A DNA stretch of 64,000 nt, from contig JAYQLC010000005.1 in NCBI GenBank assembly GCA_038142965.1, positions 20,094 through 84,093 on the forward strand. Direction: 5' to 3'. Numbering within the stretch: position 1 is the first letter of the stretch; every line of letters begins with the position of its first letter. Below the pieces are notes generated by a model that ran no database searches, was not told the DNA's origin, and worked only from the letters and a program-made list of their open reading frames with translations. Origin of the DNA: Candidatus Arcticimaribacter sp. (GTDB taxonomy: Bacteria; Bacteroidota; Bacteroidia; Flavobacteriales; Flavobacteriaceae). This document shows, piece after piece, positions 21,700 through 32,953 of this stretch. Both the position numbers and the translations under genes were made by a program.

Positions 21700-22242
21700 C
21701 TATTTTTCATTTCTAAAATTCTTGTAAATTCTAATACCCAGCATCAATAAAATTGCTAATCCAAAAATAGAAAGTACTCCAAAAATCCAATGAAAACTAC
21801 TTTTTAACACTACCAAAAAAACAACTGCAAACAAAATAAGTGTGGCTCCTTCATTCCAAATCCTCATGAAAAAAGAAGTGTGCCGGAATTGATCTTGTTG
21901 TAATTCTCTGAAGATTCGATGAGTTTTAAAGTGATAAAAATATAAAAGTCCCACAAAAAATAATTTGATCAACATCCAATCTTGAGTTAACCAACTCGGC
22001 ATTAGATACAATAAAACAAAGGCAAAAAAATTAGCTAAAATAGCCGAAGGCCAGGTAATTATATACCACAAACGTCTAGCCATCAGCTTCAACTGTTTAC
22101 TCAGAACAGCAGATTCAAATTCTGGTTTTGATTGTGCTTCAATATGATAGATGAAAATACGTGGTAAATAAAATAAACCCGCAAACCAGGTAATGACAAA
22201 AATTAGATGTAGAGATTTTATGTAATTATAATATTCTAACAA
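21700..22242 (-). CDS. hemJ: Protoporphyrinogen oxidase HemJ (CopD/UPF0093 family)
   Basis: KSLHLIFVITWFAGLFYLPRIFIYH and RIWNE motifs; heme-cluster context; TTG start. Confidence 0.88.
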   Translation of the reverse strand: MLEYYNYIKSLHLIFVITWFAGLFYLPRIFIYHIEAQSKPEFESAVLSKQLKLMARRLWYIITWPSAILANFFAFVLLYLMPSWLTQDWMLIKLFFVGLLYFYHFKTHRIFRELQQDQFRHTSFFMRIWNEGATLILFAVVFLVVLKSSFHWIFGVLSIFGLAILLMLGIRIYKNFRNEK

Positions 22243-22296
22243 AAGGATTGTTTTAGATGTTCTAAATTACAAAAAGAAAGATAAAACTAGCCTGCT

Positions 22297-23633
22297 CTAA
22301 CCACGGTATTGTTTCAATTCTTTTCTTAAAAAATATGCCGTCACAATTGTGGCAAGGAACTCAGCAATTGGAAAAGATATCCAAATTCCAAATTCTCCAA
22401 AATATTGTGGTAAAATCAAAATCAAAGGAACAAAGAAAAATCCCTGTCTTGTTAGGGTCAATAAAAGTGCTGGAATTGCTTTTCCTATGGCTTGAAAATA
22501 AGCAGATCCTATCAACTGTATTCCTATGATAGGAGTAGATAAAAAGACCCACATCAAAACTTCTTTTGTTTTCAAAATAATATCAACATCTTGAGTAAAG
22601 GCACCAGCAATTTCCTTTGAAAAAAAAATGATTATTAAAAAAACAAAAGTTGCTAAAACGGTAGAAGACAATAATGCGGTTCGAATAACTTGTAAAACCC
22701 GTTCTCTTTTATTTGCACCATAATTAAAACCTGCGATAGGAACAAATCCTTGTGTGATTCCTAAAATTGGGAATAATGCAAACATGAGCATTCGGCTGAT
22801 TATTGCATACACTGCAACGGTAGATTCACCTGATAATTCGAAAAGAATATTATTAACTAAAAGTACGGTTATACTCACAACAGCTTGTCGAGACAGGGTA
22901 ACAAATCCAAGAGACCCTATCTCTTTCACAATAGAGAAGTCAAGAGATAAATCTGAAGCTTTTAAAAATAAATCTGATTTTCCAGAAACAAAAAAATAAA
23001 ATATGTAAGCCATACATATTCCATAAGACAGTGTTGTGGCCCAAGCAGCACCCTCCATACCCCAATCAAATAGATAAATAAAAACATAGTCGAGTAATAA
23101 ATTAGAAATCGAAGGCAACATCATTGCATACATTGCATATTTTGGCTTTCCCTCTGAACGAATGATGTTGTTCCCCATCATTGCTAATCCCAAAACAGGA
23201 ACCCCATATAAAACAATGGTGTAATATATTTTTGCTGGTGCATACAAGGTGCCTTTCCCTCCAAATATTGGAATTATAGATTCCATAAAAACCAATCCTA
23301 ATGTCATAAAACTTATGGTGAACAATAAAGTTAGGGTCAGTTGATTTCCAAAAGTTTTATTGGCTTTAGATTTTTGGGCACTCCCCAAAGCTCTGGAAAT
23401 AATAGATCCCCTCCCATTCCGATAGCCATACCCAAAGCTGCAATGAAAAAAGAAACTGGGAGAACTACGTTTATTGCTGCTATGGCATTGGGGCCAATCC
23501 ATTGGCCTACAAAAATAGTATCAATCAAAATATTTAGAGACATGACCAAAATTCCGATCGAAGCCGGAACTGACTGTCGAAGTAATAATTTACCAATGGG
23601 ATCGGTACCCATTTGAATTGCTTTCTGTTGCAT
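22297..23633 (-). CDS. MATE family efflux transporter (frameshift near 23420)
   Basis: IDTIFVGQ, RSEGKPK, WGMEGAAWAT, GFNYGA and GIWISFPIAE motifs; start overlaps the hemH stop. Confidence 0.9.
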
Positions 23634-24660
23634 TAAGACTCAACTTCAGCTAAAGCCCATTCATCAATCCACCTACTCATTACACTTATCCATTCTTTAC
23701 GGTCATTTATGCAAGGAATTACATGCAATTGTTCACCCCCTTTTTCTTCAAAATCTTCGGCTGCTTCCATTCCTATTTCTTCTAAAGTTTCTAAACAATC
23801 CGAAACAAATGCTGGGGTAACGATTGCAAGTTCTTTGATGCCGCTTTTAGCAAAATTGGCAACAGTTCGATCTGTATATGGTTGTAACCAGGGGTCAACT
23901 CCTAATCGAGATTGAAAAGATGTAGAATAAGTCCCTTCTTTTAACTGTAAATATTCTGCTACCAAACGGGTGGTTTCATAACATTGATGACGATAACAAT
24001 ACTCATGCGCTTTAGAAGCAGTAACACAACATTCTCCATTGATTTTACAGTGTGATTTTGTTACATCAGATTTTCGAATATGTCGTTCGGGAACTCCGTG
24101 ATAAGAAAAAAGTAGGTGTTCCCAATTTTTGCCTTTCAGCCCATCGGATATTGAGTCTGACAAAACACGAACATAATCAGGGTGATTGTAAAAAGCGGGT
24201 AAAGAAGTAAACGAAACCTTAGGGAAAAATTCTTTTCTAAGTTCTTCGGCAAGCACTAGAATTGTCTCAGTTGTTGCCATTGCAAATTGAGGGTACAATG
24301 GAATAATGAAAATATCATCAATCCCTTGATCCACTAATTCTTGAAGTCCTTTTTTGATGGACATTTTCCCGTATCGCATTGCCAAACCAACGGGGACAGA
24401 AACGTTTTCAGAAATTTTACCTCGAAGCCTTTCGGATAATACAATCAATGGTGATCCTTCGTCCCACCATATTTTTTTGTAGGCCTTTCAGACTGCTTTG
24501 GGCGGGTGTTTAAAATAATTCCTTTAACCAAAATGGTTCGGAGTAATTTAGGTAAATCAATTACCCGTTGATCCATTAAAAATTCTCCTAAATATCTTTT
24601 AACATCACTAGGGTTTGGGCTGTCAGGTGATCCTAAATTAACCAGTAATACTCCTTTCAT
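23633..24660 (-). CDS. hemH: Ferrochelatase (frameshift near 24470-24490)
   Basis: [29 protein letters not shown] and [12 protein letters not shown] motifs. Confidence 0.95.
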
Positions 24661-24708
24661 ACATTCTCTTTTTCATGTAGCAAGATATTCTCCTGCTGTT
24701 CAGCAATT

Positions 24709-25595
24709 TTACTGCGAAGATAATGACATTAAGTATTTTTTTGGAGTTGTTCCATACTTCTTTTAAAAGCAGCAATAAAGTGACTGGAAGTACTGTAGCC
24801 AATTTTTAATCCAACTTCATTAACATTGTAGTTTTTAGATGCTAACATTCGTCTAGCTTCCTCCATTTTATGGTCTAAAAGGTAACCAAATACTGTATCA
24901 CCATACAATTGTTTAAATCCTTCCTTCAACTTGTTCAAACTCAATCCTATAGATTCTGAAAGCATTTGAAGCGATGGAGGTTCAGATATGTTTTGGAGAA
25001 TCAATTCTTTTGCCAATCTTATTTTGCGAATATTATCTTCATCGATCAAAAATGGACATTGTTCAATGTCGGTGTCTTCATTCTTATTAAAATACAAACT
25101 CAAGAGTTCGTAAACCTTGCCTTTTAGATAAAGTGCTTTCATGCTTTGGTGAATATTAGAACTTAATATTTGACTCAGTACAACTGCCATACTGGGACTA
25201 ACAACAGCATTGTCATAGTACTTCTTTGTGCTATTTTCGGGGCTTAAAAAATGAATATGATCAGCATCTTGAGAAAATAAACTGTGGAATTTTTTGATGG
25301 AAATCACAATTCCGATTATCCAGGTATTCGGTTGTAGTTTTAGATCAATGGGTAGATCTCTTTGTGGATTGTACAACAAAATAGAATGTTCCTCCTTAAC
25401 ATTAAAAACATAATTTCCAGCATTAAACAAAAAATTACCCTCACCTTTCATACAAAAATGAAACTGAATATAATTACTGCTAATATCGTGTAATTCACGA
25501 GTTACTTGATCCGTATCGTTTTGAAGTCGAAATACATAAAATCCATCTTCAATTGTAATTCTAGAATTATTACTTTCATCGTTATTTTTTTGCAT
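24709..25595 (-). CDS. AraC family transcriptional regulator (3' frameshift)
   Basis: LKEGFKQLYGDTVF and VNEVGLKIGYSTSSHF HTH motifs; corrected end KKYGTTPKKYLMSLSSQ* at 24709. Confidence 0.9.
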
Positions 25596-25610
25596 GATCT
25601 ATTTTTAATT

Positions 25611-25631
25611 TATTTAGAAACGCTCTAAATA
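25611..25631. promoter_or_regulatory. Palindromic operator, Fur-box-like
   Basis: TATTTAGA-aacgc-TCTAAATA, a perfect 8-5-8 inverted repeat between divergent araC and hemA. Confidence 0.65.
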
Positions 25632-25750
25632 GTGTTCAGCTAATAAAGCTAAAGTCTTTATTTTATGGCAACTGAGCGTTTATGATGTAAAAATAAACTC
25701 TTTGCGTTATTATTTGTACTTTTAACGTTACTTTTTTTGAAACCAGCCCT

Positions 25751-25758
25751 TAATTTTG
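25751..25758 (+). promoter_or_regulatory. -7 promoter element of the hemA operon
   Basis: TAATTTTG ending 20 bp upstream of ATG 25779. Confidence 0.55.
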
Positions 25759-25778
25759 CTAGCGATTAGATCAATTTA

Positions 25779-27035
25779 ATGGAAGTTTCGAACAACAAGA
25801 AACATTTTTACGCCCTCGGTGTTAGTTACAAAAACGCCGATCTAAGAACAAGAGGTGATTTCAGTCTTGGTTTAGAACAAAGAGATGCTCTTATTCTAGA
25901 CGCAAAAAAAGAAGGTATTAAAGAAATTCTTGTCAACTCTACTTGTAACCGTACTGAATTATACGCCCATGTAACCGACCCTTCTCAACTGATCAATTTA
26001 CTATGTAAGCATTCACATGGAACCTCAGCTGTATTTGATGAGATTGGATACTCCCCTAAAAAACAGTGCTGCTATTCATCACATTTTCAAGGTTGGTACA
26101 GGCTTAGACAGCCAAATACTTGGAGACTTTGAAATCATTGGTCAAATGAAACAAAGTTTTTATCGTTCCAAAAAACTGGGGATGATTCAAGGTTTTATGG
26201 AGCGCCTAGTTAATGCAGTTATTCAAGCAAGTAAAAGGATTAAAACAGAAACTAAAATTTCTAGTGGTGCCACTTCAGTAGCCTTTGCATCGGTTCAATA
26301 CATCATCAATACCATTGAAAAAATATCTGAAAAGAATATTTTACTTTTTGGGACAGGAAAAATTGGAAGAAATACCTGCGAAAATTTAATCAAACACACA
26401 GAAAATGATCATATTGTTTTGATCAACCGCACCCACGAAAAGGCTAAAAATATTGCAGGGAAATTCAACGTATTAGTAAAAGAATATGGAGACTTACCCA
26501 CCGAAATCAGAAAAACAGATGTTTTGATTGTGTCCACAGGTGCACAACAACCTACGGTCTCCAAAGATATTATTCACAAAGATTCTCCTTTACTTATTTT
26601 AGATTTATCCATCCCCAGTAATGTAAATCCAAACGTTAAAGAATTGGAACATGTAACGCTTATAAATCTGACACCCTTTCTCAAATCACGAACAAAACAC
26701 TGGAAGACCGAAGAAAATACATTCCTCAAGCAGAATCTATTTTAGAAGAGGTAAAAGTTGAGTTTATGGAGTGGTTGGATCACAGACAATATGCTCCAGC
26801 CCTAAGAGCATTGAAAGCCAAATTAACTCAGCAACAAATTTCTGAAATCAAGACACAAGAAAAAAAAGAAGTTCTTTGTGTTTTTAACTCAGCAACTGCG
26901 ACCATTTCAGAACAAATGATTCAGAAAATTACAGGTCAAGTAGCTAATTACCTCAAAGAAAATCCATCCAAAGCTGACAGTACACTTAATGTAATTAAAG
27001 AGGTCTTTCAACTTGACATTGAATCCCATGAATAA
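25779..27035 (+). CDS. hemA: Glutamyl-tRNA reductase (frameshifts near 26055 and 26672)
   Basis: STCNRTELY, GLDSQILGDFEIIGQ, GTGKIG and DLSIP motifs. Confidence 0.95.
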
Positions 27036-27935
27036 GGTAATTCGAATCGGTACCCGAGAAAGTGCCTTGGCATTGTGGCAAGCTCATACCTTTCAAGATT
27101 TATTGAATTCTAAAGGCTTTTCAAGTGAACTAATCCCTATTAAAAGTGAAGGTGATTTGGATTTGGTTCAGCCTCTTTATGAAATGGGTACAGTTGGAAT
27201 TTTTACTAAAACACTAGACACCGCTTTGTTAAATAATAGAATCGATCTTGCCATCCATAGCATGAAAGATGTTCCTACGCTTTTACCCAAAGGAATTCAG
27301 CAAGCTGCAGTCTTAGAGCGAGGGCCAGTAAAAGATCTTTTAGTTAAAAAACGAATGCGTCTTCACTTGAAATTCCTCAAATAATAGCTACAGGTAGTTT
27401 AAGAAGAAAAGCACAATGGCTATCCAAATTCCCAAATCATAATATTGTACCGCTTAGAGGTAACATACAAACACGCTTGAAAAAGTTAAAAAATGAAGAT
27501 TGGGATGGAGCAATATTTGCAGAAGCAGCTTTAGTTCGACTAAAAACAGAAAACGAAAATGTAAACATATTGGATTGGATGATTCCTGCGCCAGCTCAAG
27601 GAGCATTGATGATTGTGTGTAAGTCAAAAGACAAAGCTTTATTGGATGTCCTAAAGCAGTTCAATCATCCCGAAACTGCCTTATGCACCCAAATTGAAAG
27701 AGACTTTTTACGGACCCTCGAAGGGGATGTACCGCTCCCATTGGAGCTTTAGCTATTGTTGAAGGAAACAATATTCAGTTTCAAGGAGGTATTTTTTCTT
27801 TGGATGGAAAACGCAAATTTATTATTGATGAAACATTCGAAAAATCAACGGAACTAAAAGGAGTAAAACTCGCCAATCAACTACTAAAAAAAAGGAGCGG
27901 TAGAATTACTTCAAGAATTCAAATCCTCCTCATGA
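27028..27935 (+). CDS. hemC: Hydroxymethylbilane synthase (several frameshifts)
   Basis: IGTRESALALWQA, AIHSMKDVP, ATGSLRRKAQW, LRGNIQTR and PAPAQGAL; TGA at 27935 overlaps the hemD ATG. Confidence 0.93.
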
Positions 27936-28603
27936 GCAGTGCAATTCGAATCCTTTCAACAAAAGTACTTTCACAAATTCAAAAAAATAAAATAGTTGAA
28001 TTTGGATGCAACTATGTGGAACGAAATTTTATCGAAACAGAAGCAATTTCATTTAACTATACTGAAGATAAACATACACTCCTATTTTCAAGTCAAAATG
28101 CAGTAAAATCGGTTTTTAAAAATCAGAATTACAAAATGATTTTGAGCAATAAAAAATGTTATTGTGTGGGTGAAAAGACCAAACAGCTTTTATCTGAAAA
28201 TGGACAAAAAGTGGCTCATTTTGAAGAAAATTCGTCCAAATTAGCCGATTTTATCGTGAAAAACGCCCAAAATGAGCGATTTTTGTTTTTTTGCGGAAAA
28301 GAAAGACGAGTCGATTTGGAAGATCAATTGAGTGCCCACAAAATTCAAATCAAACCTCTTGAAGTGTACCAAACTTTTTTGAAACCAAAAACAGTTGGAA
28401 CATTCGACTTTGTTCTATTTTATAGTCCAAGTGGAGTTCGTAGTTTTCTACAAAACAACAGTCTAAAACAAACAACCTCTATTTGTATTGGTGCTACTAC
28501 AGCTGAAGCCTTAAAAAATAATTCAAAAAAAATCATAATTGCCTCCAAACCAACAATAGAGCATATGATTTTTCAAATAAAAAAAACAATTACAACATCA
28601 TGA
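27932..28603 (+). CDS. hemD: Uroporphyrinogen-III synthase
   Basis: FSSQNAV, CVGEKT, EVYQT, FYSPSGV and IGATTAEAL motifs; ATGA overlaps on both sides. Confidence 0.9.
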   Translation: MSSAIRILSTKVLSQIQKNKIVEFGCNYVERNFIETEAISFNYTEDKHTLLFSSQNAVKSVFKNQNYKMILSNKKCYCVGEKTKQLLSENGQKVAHFEENSSKLADFIVKNAQNERFLFFCGKERRVDLEDQLSAHKIQIKPLEVYQTFLKPKTVGTFDFVLFYSPSGVRSFLQNNSLKQTTSICIGATTAEALKNNSKKIIIASKPTIEHMIFQIKKTITTS

Positions 28604-29624
28604 TTAAAAATGATTTATTTCTCAAAGCCTTAGCAGGAGAAACGGTTTCTAGACCTCCGGTATGGATGATGCGCCAGGCAGGCAGGTATTTACCAGACTT
28701 CATGAAACTAAAAGCAAAGTATGATTTCTTTACACGCTGCCAAACCCCGAACTCGCTACAGAAATAACCATAATGCCCATTCGTCAAATTGGCCCCGATG
28801 CAGCCATTTTATTCAGTGATATACTTGTTGTTTTACAAGCCATGAACATTAAAGTTGAAATGAAACCCGATGTTGGTCCTTGGATTCCAAATCCAATTCG
28901 AAATCGAGCTAATCTGGACCAAGTTATTGTTCCCTCTGCAGAAGAAGCTCTAGGTTATGTTCTTGATGCGGTAAAAATGACCAAACAAGAACTCAATAAC
29001 GAAGTTCCTCTAATTGGTTTTGCAGGATCACCATGGACCTTACTTTGTTATGCCGTACAAGGGCAAGGATCCAAAACCTTTGATAAGGCAAAGGAATTTT
29101 GTTTTACAGAACCTGAAATGGCGCATGAATTGCTTCAAAAAATAACAGATACTACCATTGATTATTTGAGAGCCAAAGCAGCAGCAGGTGTCAATGCATT
29201 ACAGATATTTGATTCTTGGGGAGGTTTGCTTTCTCCAGAGGATTACGCAGTGTTTTCATGGCCATACATCCAACAAATTGTTACTGCAGTAAAGAACTTA
29301 TGCCCGGTAATTGTATTCGGAAAAGGATGCTGGTTTGCCCTTCAAGAAATGTCTCAGTCAGGCGCTAGCGCACTTGGAGTAGACTGGACTTGTTCTGCTC
29401 GAAACGCACGCTATTTGTCGGGTGGAAATATCACCCTTCAAGGAAACTATGACCCGTCACAGTTGTTATCTCCAATTTCGAAAATTAAATCTGATGTTAC
29501 AAAAATGATAGATGCCTTTGGCAAAGATCGTTACATAGTTAATCTGGGTCATGGGATTTTACCAAACATCCCTGTAAGTCATGCTCAAGCATTTGTGGAT
29601 GCTGTTAAAGAATATGGAAATTAA
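28600..29624 (+). CDS. hemE: Uroporphyrinogen decarboxylase (frameshift near 28755)
   Basis: [37 protein letters not shown] and NLGHGI motifs. Confidence 0.95.
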
Positions 29625-29635
29625 ATCGTTTTTTT

Positions 29636-30536
29636 ATGAAAGAACTTTTCTATGATTACATTTGTAATCTTCAAGATAAGATTACTGATGCATTAGAATT
29701 AACCGATGGAAAAGCAACTTTTAAGGAGGATATCTGGAAACGGCCCGGAGGTGGTGGTGGAAGAACACGAGTGATCGAAAATGGAGCTGTTTTTGAAAAA
29801 GGAGGTGTAAATATTTCTGGGGTTCATGGAGACCTACCGAAGACAATGCAAACACACCTTAATGTTAGTCAAAGTTCTTTTTATGCTTGTGGATTGAGCT
29901 TGGTTCTTCATCCAAAAAATCCTTTGGCTCCAACTGTGCATGCAAATTGGCGTTATTTTGAAATGTATGATCTCGAGGGAAATACAGTAGACCAATGGTT
30001 TGGTGGAGGATTGGATTTAACACCCTACTATTTGTTTGAAGAAGATGCAGTTCACTTTCATCAAGTTTGTAAAGACAGTTGCGATCGACATGATCCAAAT
30101 TTTTATGAAGGCTACAAAAAAAAATGTGACGAGTATTTTTGGAATTCTCACAGAAATGAAGCCCGCGGTCTCGGAGGTCTGTTCTTTGATTATTTAAAAC
30201 CAATGCCACAAAAAATCTAGATCAATGGTATTCTTTTGTAACCGATGTTGCTGATAATTTTCTAAATGCATACCTCCCCATTTTGAATCGAAGAAAAAAT
30301 CTCCCTTCACCGAGGATCAAAAAGAATGGCAAGAAATTAGAAGAGGTCGTTATGTAGAATTTAATTTAGTTCACGATAAAGGAACCCTATTTGGGTTAAA
30401 AACGAACGGTAGAATAGAGAGTATTTTGATGAGTTTACCGCCTAAAGTTCAGTGGCGTTATGATTATACTCCCAAAAAAGATTCTCAAGAGTCCAAATTA
30501 ATGGAGGTACTCAAAAAGCCCAGAAAATGGGTTTAA
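29636..30536 (+). CDS. hemF: Oxygen-dependent coproporphyrinogen III oxidase (frameshifts near 30200 and 30305)
   Basis: [37 protein letters not shown] and [10 protein letters not shown] motifs. Confidence 0.95.
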
Positions 30537-30593
30537 TCAACTTAATCTACTAGGTTTTTACTATTTTAACCCTGAGAAACAAAACATCGAAAC

Positions 30594-31895
30594 ATGAATA
30601 CATTATCAATTTTAATTGTTTTACCTCTTTTGGTAGTGTTTTCCTACATTTTCGACGCTATTGCACGAAAGACAAAATTCCCTTCAGTTATATTGTTGAT
30701 GTTTACTGGAATAATTGTCCGTGTCGGAACCAATTTGTATGGTTTTATTGAGTTTAAATTTTTGGATCAACTGATTCCTGTTTTAGGAACCGTTGGTTTA
30801 ATTCTTATTGTATTAGAAGGGGCATTAGAATTAGACATCAAAAAAGAAAAGCTTCCTGTTATCTTAAAAGGATTCTTTGCTGCTGCTCTTATTTTGATTT
30901 TAAATATTATCGCTGTTGCATGGGTTCTAGAAAACTTCCTTAGTATGGAACACAAAACTGCTGTAATTTTTGCAATTCCCTTAGCAATAATTAGTAGCGC
31001 AGTGGCAATTCCATCAGCATCTGGTTTATTGGATCACGAAAAAGAATTTGTGGTTTATGAATCTACTTTCTCTGATATTTTGGGAATCATGATTTTCAAT
31101 TATGCAATCCGACAATTTGAATCCAATCAAAGTTTGATTAGTCCCGAATCTATGATAGCGTTGGGTTTACAAATCATTGGAGTTATTGTGGTATCGTTAT
31201 TCATAACCTACCTTCTTTTTCAGCTACTTCAAAAAATTGAGCATCATGTAAAATTCTTTTTGATCCTTGCCTTACTTGTTTTGGTCTATGCTTTTGGTAA
31301 ACTCTTCCATCTGCCAGCCTTGGTTACTATTTTTATCTTTGGACTGTTTTTAAGCAATGTTCAAGTTTTACTTCCTGGGTTTATGAAAAAATATTTAGAT
31401 CTGAATCAAACCGAAAAGGGACTACACGAATTTCACATACTTACAGCTGAATCAACTTTTTTAGTCAAAACATTCTTTTTTTTATTTTTTGGTTTTTCGA
31501 TTAGCTTAACTCAATTTAATTCTCTTAATCCTTTTTTGATTGGGTTGTTGATTTTTACAATAATGTTGATAATCCGCTACATTTATTTTACGGTTTCTAC
31601 CTTTAAAATAATCCCTTCTGCTCTTGTTTATATATCCCCACGTGGCCTGATCAGCATACTGTTGTTCTTACAAATCAAAGAAGTTACATTTATCGATCTT
31701 TCCACAACAATAATTGATGAGCGGGTTTTACTAGTTGTTATCTTGCTATCCATGATGATCATGACCCTAGGAACCATGAAAAAAACAGCAGATAACGATG
31801 AGTCTGACTTTTCCGAAAATACAGAAGAAGTAAATACAAATTCTCTCGATGAATTTTTAGATGGAATTGCAAATGAAAAAGATGACCTTACCTAA
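30594..31895 (+). CDS. Cation:proton antiporter (CPA family) with acidic C-terminal tail
   Basis: About 12 TM segments; GLILIVLEGALEL, SSAVAIP, ESTFSDILG and PRGLISILL motifs. Confidence 0.8.
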   Translation: MNTLSILIVLPLLVVFSYIFDAIARKTKFPSVILLMFTGIIVRVGTNLYGFIEFKFLDQLIPVLGTVGLILIVLEGALELDIKKEKLPVILKGFFAAALILILNIIAVAWVLENFLSMEHKTAVIFAIPLAIISSAVAIPSASGLLDHEKEFVVYESTFSDILGIMIFNYAIRQFESNQSLISPESMIALGLQIIGVIVVSLFITYLLFQLLQKIEHHVKFFLILALLVLVYAFGKLFHLPALVTIFIFGLFLSNVQVLLPGFMKKYLDLNQTEKGLHEFHILTAESTFLVKTFFFLFFGFSISLTQFNSLNPFLIGLLIFTIMLIIRYIYFTVSTFKIIPSALVYISPRGLISILLFLQIKEVTFIDLSTTIIDERVLLVVILLSMMIMTLGTMKKTADNDESDFSENTEEVNTNSLDEFLDGIANEKDDLT

Positions 31896-31906
31896 ATTAC
31901 AACACT

Positions 31907-32881
31907 ATGTATCCCATTAAAAGAAATAGACGGTTAAGAAGTTCAGAAGCTCTCAGATCTTTAGTTAGAGAACAAATAATTACTCCCAATGACTTTATCG
32001 TGCCTCTTTTTATTGTCGAAGGAAAAGATATAAAAGAAGAAATTCCCTCCATGCCTGACTATTATCGAATGAGTTTGGATCGTACCAAAAAGGAAGTCTT
32101 AGAACTTTGGAACATGGGATTAAAGGCTGTACTGTTGTTTGTTAAAGTCCCTGAGGCATTAAAAGATAATAAAGGAACAGAAGCCATCAATTCAAAAGGA
32201 TTGATGCAAAGAGCAATTTCGGCCATAAAAGAAGCTGTACCTGAAATGATTGTAATGACAGATGTTGCGCTGGATCCTTATTCTTCTTTTGGCCATGACG
32301 GAATTGTTGAAAATAATCAGATACTAAATGACACAACTGTTGAAGTTCTTGCTCAAATGGCATTATCTCATGCACAAGCGGGAGCAGACATTGTTGCTCC
32401 CAGTGATATGATGGATGGAAGGGTTTTAGCTATTCGAACTCTTCTTGAGCAAGAAAAATTTCACAATACAGGAATCCTTAGCTACAGTGCCAAATATGCT
32501 TCTGGATTTTACGGCCCTTTCCGATCAGCTCTAGACTCTGCACCCGGTTTTGGAGATAAAAAAACCTATCAAATGGATTTTCATAATCGAAAAGAAGCTC
32601 TGACGGAGACGAAATTAGACGTTGAAGAAGGTGCAGATATCGTAATGGTAAAACCTGGTTTAGCATACTTGGATATTATTCGTGATTTGAGCAACCAAAT
32701 TGAAATTCCAATTGCTGCCTATCAAGTAAGTGGTGAATATGCAATGCTCAAAGCTGCAAGCCAAAAAGGTTGGATTGATTACGATGCTGTACTTTATGAA
32801 CAACTTGTTTCATTTAAACGTGCTGGAGCATCGCTTATTGCAACATATTGCTCTAAAGATGCAGTTCGTATTCTCAGTTAA
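31907..32881 (+). CDS. hemB: Porphobilinogen synthase
   Basis: RNRRLR, DVALDPYSSFGHDG, APSDMMDGRV, MVKPG and YQVSGEY motifs. Confidence 0.97.
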   Translation: MYPIKRNRRLRSSEALRSLVREQIITPNDFIVPLFIVEGKDIKEEIPSMPDYYRMSLDRTKKEVLELWNMGLKAVLLFVKVPEALKDNKGTEAINSKGLMQRAISAIKEAVPEMIVMTDVALDPYSSFGHDGIVENNQILNDTTVEVLAQMALSHAQAGADIVAPSDMMDGRVLAIRTLLEQEKFHNTGILSYSAKYASGFYGPFRSALDSAPGFGDKKTYQMDFHNRKEALTETKLDVEEGADIVMVKPGLAYLDIIRDLSNQIEIPIAAYQVSGEYAMLKAASQKGWIDYDAVLYEQLVSFKRAGASLIATYCSKDAVRILS

Positions 32882-32953
32882 TATTTTTTCCAAGTACTGG
32901 TTATTGCATTTTTAAAATAAAATCATACATTAGTAGTGCTCTAAAAACTAACC

